From contig CBDCKN010000015.1 of assembly GCA_965218295.1 (NCBI GenBank), positions 224,001 through 288,000 on the forward strand: DNA of 64,000 bases, written 5' to 3'. Both the position numbers and the translations under genes were made by a program. This DNA is from Longimicrobiales bacterium (GTDB lineage Bacteria > Gemmatimonadota > Gemmatimonadetes > Longimicrobiales > Gaopeijiaceae). The notes beneath the pieces were generated by a model, which made no database searches, was not told the DNA's origin, and worked only from the letters and a program-made list of their open reading frames with translations. Positions 59,023 through 64,000 of the stretch are shown piece after piece; position 1 is the stretch's first letter; every line of letters begins with the position of its first letter.

Positions 59023-60119
59023 AGATTGATCGTATCGAGTTACGAGAAGTGCGCATGCAGCTCAGGGAGCCGTTCGAGATCTCGAGTGGGGTCGCCTACG
59101 ACCGCCGCGTCCTGCTCCTGGCGTTGTTCTCGGACGGCGTCACGGGTTGGAGCGAGTGCGTGGCGGGCGAGACCCCCGGATACTCCTACGAGACGACGCA
59201 GACCGCTTGGCACATTCTCACGGAGTTCATCCTTCCGAGCGTAGTGGGGACAGAGGTGTCGACGGCATCCCGGGTGCTCGATCCGGCGAGCTGGATCCGT
59301 GGGCACCGCATGGCCAGGGCAGCCGTGGAGATGGCCGCACACGACCTGGATGCCAAGCTCGAGGGAGTGCGCCTGACGGATCACGTCAGCGGAGTCCGCG
59401 ACGCCGTGAGAGTCGGGGTGAGCATCGGTCTTCAACCCACCGACGACGAGCTGCATCGGAAGGTCGGAGACTTCGTCGAGCAGGGATATTCGCGCATCAA
59501 GATCAAGATCAAGCCCGGCCGGGACGTCGAGATGTTGACGGGTCTCCGTGAGCGATTCCCCGACGTTCCCATGATGGCCGACGCCAACTCGGCGTACACG
59601 TTGGAGGACGCTCCCAAGTTGAAGGCGCTGGACGGCCTCGACCTCATGATGCTCGAGCAGCCACTCGCCTACGACGACTATCTGAATCACGCTCGCCTGC
59701 AGGAGACGCTCGAGACTCCGGTCTGCCTCGACGAGTCGATCCGGTCGGTGGGCGATGCCGAGCTGGCCGTCGAGCTCGGCGCCTGCCGCATCATCAACAT
59801 CAAGCCCGGGAGGGTGGGCGGCTTCGAATCATCCAAGGCGATCCACGACCTCTGCGTGGCAAACGACGTTCCCGTTTGGTGCGGCGGTATGCTCGAGTCG
59901 GGCGTCGGAAGAGCCCACAACGTGGCCCTGGCCACGCTGCCCGGCTTCACCCTGCCGGGGGACATCTCGGCCAGCCGGCGTTACTGGCACGAGGACATCG
60001 TAGACCCCGAGTTCGTCATGGTAGACGGAGAGATGCACGTCCCCCCGGGGCCGGGAATCGGGGTGGAACTCAGGACGGATCTCATCGAGGAGCGAACGGT
60101 CCGAAAGGAGGTATTCTGA
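59019..60119 (+). CDS. menC: o-Succinylbenzoate synthase / N-succinylamino acid racemase (enolase superfamily)
   Basis: RIKIKIKPG, ADANSAY, EQPL, CLDESI, NIKPGRVGG, WCGGMLESG, GDISAS.RY. Confidence 0.88.
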   Translation: MKIDRIELREVRMQLREPFEISSGVAYDRRVLLLALFSDGVTGWSECVAGETPGYSYETTQTAWHILTEFILPSVVGTEVSTASRVLDPASWIRGHRMARAAVEMAAHDLDAKLEGVRLTDHVSGVRDAVRVGVSIGLQPTDDELHRKVGDFVEQGYSRIKIKIKPGRDVEMLTGLRERFPDVPMMADANSAYTLEDAPKLKALDGLDLMMLEQPLAYDDYLNHARLQETLETPVCLDESIRSVGDAELAVELGACRIINIKPGRVGGFESSKAIHDLCVANDVPVWCGGMLESGVGRAHNVALATLPGFTLPGDISASRRYWHEDIVDPEFVMVDGEMHVPPGPGIGVELRTDLIEERTVRKEVF

Positions 60120-60297
60120 AAACGCGCCGGCATCTCCCGGCATCTCCCGCCGGACCCCGGATTGCCTATCTACGTATTATGGAGAGGAGGGCGTCGATCC
60201 CGGCACTTTCGGATTCCTCCACCTCGGTCGGTGTGACCGGTGGAGGCGGCCGGAAGCACAGTGGCAAGGAAGCCCGCGGCCGGGAAAGGAGGGATCC

Positions 60298-61020
60298 ATG
60301 ATAATGCCCACGATTCGGGCCTCGCTGAGCCGCCGTGACGCACGGCAGCTGGTAGCGCTCATTATAGCCCGTGGCGATCCGGAAATATGGCAGGCTGCTC
60401 GACTTCGTCTCGACGAGCACGGGGTCGACAGCCTCTTGGATGACCCCAGAGTCCTGAACGGACTCCTCACCGATCCCGAAGTTTCCGTGCCTCCCCCCAT
60501 CGTCTTTTACGTCCTGGTTCGGCAGGCACTCCTGGAAGGCGGCATCGACGACCGTGGCACGGCCGACTACGTCGCCTCGCTCATCGCTGCGTTCGGACGC
60601 GCCAGGCGGGCGTATCGGATCTCCGCCCAGGACGACAGCGAATTCCACTACCTCGTGGATATTGTCTCGGAGATGCGGACTGCCGGCGGACGACGGCAGT
60701 TCCTCCTACGGATGCACATGGGGGACTTCGCTCTCTGGATGTCGGGGCTGTTCCCAGACTACCTGGAGGAACGGAGCCGACGCCGGGGCGCTCCACCCAT
60801 CGCCTACTTCGAGGAGCTGGGCGCCGACGGCTACCGGCTGGCGTCCAAGAGCCGAGAGGCGGAGGAGCTCGGCATGAACGCCCTTCTCAAGGACATCGCC
60901 GACCACTTCAGCGGGGTACGTGTGGCGCTCAACCGGATCTCCGATCGCCACTTCTGGCCCCAGGCAGGCGATCCGGTCAGCCGCCTGTTACGAGAGGTCT
61001 CGGGCCACTTCGGAGGCTGA
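60298..61020 (+). CDS. Hypothetical helical protein
   Basis: 240-aa ORF with AGGAGG RBS and host-like codon usage. Confidence 0.7.
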   Translation: MIMPTIRASLSRRDARQLVALIIARGDPEIWQAARLRLDEHGVDSLLDDPRVLNGLLTDPEVSVPPPIVFYVLVRQALLEGGIDDRGTADYVASLIAAFGRARRAYRISAQDDSEFHYLVDIVSEMRTAGGRRQFLLRMHMGDFALWMSGLFPDYLEERSRRRGAPPIAYFEELGADGYRLASKSREAEELGMNALLKDIADHFSGVRVALNRISDRHFWPQAGDPVSRLLREVSGHFGG

Positions 61021-61025
61021 GGCCG

Positions 61026-62810
61026 TCACGGCGGCTCGGACATCGGCGGTGGGCCCATGACGGCGCGGAGGCACAGAGGGCAGAAGCGCCACCCCTGTCG
61101 AAGTTGGGAGCCGCACCGGCAGAGCCGCCTCACGGTCAGGCCGCAGTAGGGGCACCCCAGGGCCTCGGTCGGGATCTCCCCCCCACATCGGGAGCAAGGC
61201 ACCACCGCCCCGGCGTCGGTCTGAATGACCCGCGCGACTTCGTGTGGCGTGGTGCGGCCTTCGGCCACCTTGCGGCGGGCGTCTTCCGAGAGAGAGGCCA
61301 TTCCGCTGTCCTCAGCCAGGCGTCGCAGCGTAGCGGTGGACGCGCCTCGAATGATCTCGTCTCGCATGCTGTCGTTGATGGCGAGCGCCTGAAAGACGCC
61401 GGTTCGCCCTGAGTAGCCGTCCGGGCATCTCCCGCACCCCTCGGCGCTACGTCCGCGACAGACGGGGCAGAGGGTTCGGACCAGGCGCTGGGCCACGACC
61501 CCCGTGAGTCCTCCGGCCACCAGGTAGGCAGGTACTCCCATGTGGAGCAACCGGGTTATGGCCCCGGGGGCGTCGGTAGTGTGAATCGTGGAGAGGACCA
61601 GGTGACCGGTCACTGCTGCTGCCATGGCGATCTCCGCCGTCTCGCGGTCACGGATCTCTCCGATCATCACGATGTCGGGGTCCTGCCGAAGAATCGCCCG
61701 TAGGGCAGCGGGAAAGGTCAGGCCCGCTAGCGGCTTGACCTGAACCTGATTGATGCCGGAGATCCGGTACTCCACCGGGTCCTCCACCGTAACCACGTTC
61801 AGGCCCTCCCGATTGAGCTCCGCCAGCGCAGCGGAAAGGCTACTGCTCTTCCCGCTGCCGGTGGGTCCAGCTGCGAGGATCACTCCCTGGCCGGATGCTC
61901 CCAGTCTCCGGACCAAGCTGAGGTCCCTGGGGGCCATACCCAGCGCGTCGAGATTACGGGGAGCCTGGAGGGGGTCGAGGAGTCGCAGCACGATCTTCTC
62001 TCCCTCGACTGTGGGCAAAGTGGAGACCCGCACTCGCAGGGAGCTGCCAGCGTGTTGGAACGCGAAGCCTCCATCCTGCGGTCGACGCTTCACGGAGATA
62101 TCCATTCCCGATATCACCTTGATACGTGAGGCTACTGGGCCGAGGCTCGATCCGGGCAGCGTAAGAGAGCGGCGGAGGACGCCGTCGATCCGCCAGCGAA
62201 CCAGGACCTGTCCTTCTGACGGTTCCAGATGGATGTCGCTCGCACCCAGAGCGGCCGCCTGGTGCAGGACATGATTCACCAGCCGCACCACTGGGGCCGC
62301 TTCGGCGACGGCCTGCAAGGAAGCGTGGGTCTCGACGTCCACGTCGGCGTTCGGCAGGCCCTCGACCAGATCCGCGAGCTCCTCGCCATAGGAGGTGCGG
62401 ATCGCCTCTGCCAGGGCGGAGGGGGCGGCAACCACGGCTTCGACGTGACGGCCACTGCTGAAGCGGACCTCGCCCAGGGTGACCTGGTCGAGGGGATCGG
62501 AGACGGCCAGACGCAGAGTGCGACCGGTGGCGGACAGCGGCAGAACGGCCCTCGCTCGTGCGAAGTGACCCTCGATCAGACGGACCGCGTCCGGGTCCGG
62601 GATCAGAGGGCTTTCGGCGAAAGGGAGCCTCAGCTGCGTGGCCAGCGTCTGTGCGACGGTCTCGTCGTCGACGTATCCCCGCCCTATGAGAATGTCACCG
62701 AGGCGGAGGCTCGACCCACCCTGCTCCTCCAGGGCGGCCTGGAGGTCTCGAGGCCTGAGTCTTCCGGAGTCGACGAGGAGCTGCCCGAGGGGCTTCGGTC
62801 GCGTCGCCAT
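61026..62810 (-). CDS. GspE/PilB-family ATPase with N-terminal MshEN-like region and C-terminal double zinc ribbon
   Basis: LGQLL..LGDIL, ASDIHLEP, PQDG, GPTGSGKS, VEDPVE, LRQDPD, TGHLVLSTIHT. Confidence 0.9.
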   Translation of the reverse strand: MATRPKPLGQLLVDSGRLRPRDLQAALEEQGGSSLRLGDILIGRGYVDDETVAQTLATQLRLPFAESPLIPDPDAVRLIEGHFARARAVLPLSATGRTLRLAVSDPLDQVTLGEVRFSSGRHVEAVVAAPSALAEAIRTSYGEELADLVEGLPNADVDVETHASLQAVAEAAPVVRLVNHVLHQAAALGASDIHLEPSEGQVLVRWRIDGVLRRSLTLPGSSLGPVASRIKVISGMDISVKRRPQDGGFAFQHAGSSLRVRVSTLPTVEGEKIVLRLLDPLQAPRNLDALGMAPRDLSLVRRLGASGQGVILAAGPTGSGKSSSLSAALAELNREGLNVVTVEDPVEYRISGINQVQVKPLAGLTFPAALRAILRQDPDIVMIGEIRDRETAEIAMAAAVTGHLVLSTIHTTDAPGAITRLLHMGVPAYLVAGGLTGVVAQRLVRTLCPVCRGRSAEGCGRCPDGYSGRTGVFQALAINDSMRDEIIRGASTATLRRLAEDSGMASLSEDARRKVAEGRTTPHEVARVIQTDAGAVVPCSRCGGEIPTEALGCPYCGLTVRRLCRCGSQLRQGWRFCPLCLRAVMGPPPMSEPP

Positions 62811-62932
62811 GAGGTAAGGTGGAGCCTGCGGCGGGGCACCCGAATGGCGGGAGCGGCACACCTTCATAGCCCGGAGGGCGGAGGCGCTGAGTCAGCAGGC
62901 CGACCGGAGGAGGAGGCCAACGAATCGGAGCG

Positions 62933-63829
62933 TCAGGAGTCCAGCAGCTCCAAGACGAAGGGCGCCACGCCCAGAATGGAGGAGGGAAGCCGGTCTGCCT
63001 CGGCGGCGGCGCCGGCCAGGAGCCCCAGGACAGGGTTCCGTGTGTGTCCCGCGGTGAGATCTTCGAGGTTGCCGTGATCGCTGGCCACCACCAGCGAAGC
63101 GCTCTCGGGCAGACCGTCGACGACGGCCGCCAGGAACTCGTCTACTCGCTCCAGGGCCACTATCGCCTCCTCCGCGTTCCCCCGGTGACCGGCGTAGTCG
63201 GTGGAGTAGTGGGCGTAGAAGGTGAGATCCGCCGCGGCGGCGATGCGGGCCAGGTTCACGCCAGCCTCGGCAGGCGTGATCTGAGGCACCTCGCTGTAGC
63301 CCAGGCCGTCCCTCCATCCGGTGTTGACGATCTCGCTGGACACCGCATCCCCCGAGGCGAGCTCGGCGGCGTGCCGGCGCAGGAGACCGGCGGCATTGGC
63401 GGCCAGGGGTGGTGCGGCCGGGAAACGCGAGCGACGCCGCTCGAGATATCCCTCAGGGTAGGCGTTGGCGAAGGCCACGGAGTGGCCGGCCTCCTGAGCC
63501 CTGCTCATGATGTTCCTCTCGATAAGGAGCGGGCGCAGGCGCACCGGGGCCCAGGGCCCGAAGTGACGCCCGAACGCCAGCGCCGCGTTCTCGCCGGTCA
63601 TCAGGGTGATCTGCCCGGTTCCGCTCTGAGGGATGCCATCGACGCCCAAGTTAGCGTCCAGAGGGATCGCCCGGCCCCGTGATCCCTCCACCACGGGCTC
63701 GTCGAGAGTGGGCAACCGCCCACCCAAGAGTCCCTCCAGGCCGGGGAGCCGCGCCTGGAGGAAGGGGTTGCGACCGGGATCGGACGAGCCGATGCCAACC
63801 CCGTCGAGGAAGACGAAGAGGACGGACAT
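62933..63829 (-). CDS. Alkaline-phosphatase-superfamily metalloenzyme (phosphomutase-like)
   Basis: FLDGVG, PQSGTGQ, TDYAGH, SDHGN, HTRNPV. Confidence 0.85.
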   Translation of the reverse strand: MSVLFVFLDGVGIGSSDPGRNPFLQARLPGLEGLLGGRLPTLDEPVVEGSRGRAIPLDANLGVDGIPQSGTGQITLMTGENAALAFGRHFGPWAPVRLRPLLIERNIMSRAQEAGHSVAFANAYPEGYLERRRSRFPAAPPLAANAAGLLRRHAAELASGDAVSSEIVNTGWRDGLGYSEVPQITPAEAGVNLARIAAAADLTFYAHYSTDYAGHRGNAEEAIVALERVDEFLAAVVDGLPESASLVVASDHGNLEDLTAGHTRNPVLGLLAGAAAEADRLPSSILGVAPFVLELLDS

Positions 63830-63830
63830 G

Positions 63831-63851
63831 CTAGTGTTCTGTTGCCACTAG
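63831..63851. mobile_element. Minimal element footprint, copy D (21 nt)
   Basis: CTAGTGTTCTGTTGCC-ACTAG: left terminus fused to the last bases of the right terminus, with CTAG on both sides. Confidence 0.55.
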
Positions 63852-64000
63852 AGCTTGAGACGCGCGCGCGCGACCTCAACGGCGAGCCCGGCGATGCGGA
63901 CGACCTTGCTCTTGCCGCTGTGACCGCGGGTCACCTCGACGGAGCTTTTCGGAACGCCCAGCACCTTGGCCATGACACGGATCAGCTCGGCGTTGGCGGC
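63848..64000 (-). CDS. DUF167 (YggU/UPF0235) protein, 5' part outside the window
   Basis: AANAELIRVMAKVLGVPKSSVEVTRGHSGKSKVVRI, ending in TAG at 63848. Confidence 0.85.
   Translation of the reverse strand, partial: AANAELIRVMAKVLGVPKSSVEVTRGHSGKSKVVRIAGLAVEVARARLKL

Noticed and set aside
60127..60146. CCGGCATCTC tandem duplication after the menC-like gene
   Set aside because: Two copies of 10 bp, not seen elsewhere; ordinary slippage
1670..63851. Dispersed repeats as a CRISPR array or integron attC sites
   Set aside because: Copies are tens of kb apart and unequal in length, with no spacer periodicity, cas genes or integrase

Overview
GC-rich bacterial chromosome segment spanning the replication origin. 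Gene content and order suggest Gemmatimonadota (inference, not verified). The core is dnaN-oriC-dnaA / rpmH-rnpA-yidD-yidC-mnmE-acyP-mnmG, then two parS sites and parA-parB-M23 peptidase-bactofilin; rsmG is absent from its usual place, where a less GC-rich insert sits. Left of the origin are tdk, tRNA-Asn, an SPT-like aminotransferase / acetoacetate-decarboxylase-fold / DAG-kinase-family trio, a fused modAB plus modC, a PAS-GAF-PAS sensor with no output domain, and a sigma-54 two-component envelope operon. Right of it are lipA-pdhABC...lpdA, ispH, several peptidases, glcDEF, an M20 / GNAT / NSAR-OSBS set and an orphan GspE. The most notable signals are: (1) the candidate sphingolipid-like trio, whose ADC-fold protein lacks the catalytic Lys; (2) a family of CTAG-bounded miniature inverted-repeat elements forming a deletion series of 94, 66, 51 and 21 nt, with a related direct repeat bracketing fxsA; (3) several eroded genes; (4) an oriC with DnaA-trios and non-canonical DnaA boxes; (5) a phased four-site MarR-type operator. 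All calls were made by eye, without database searches.
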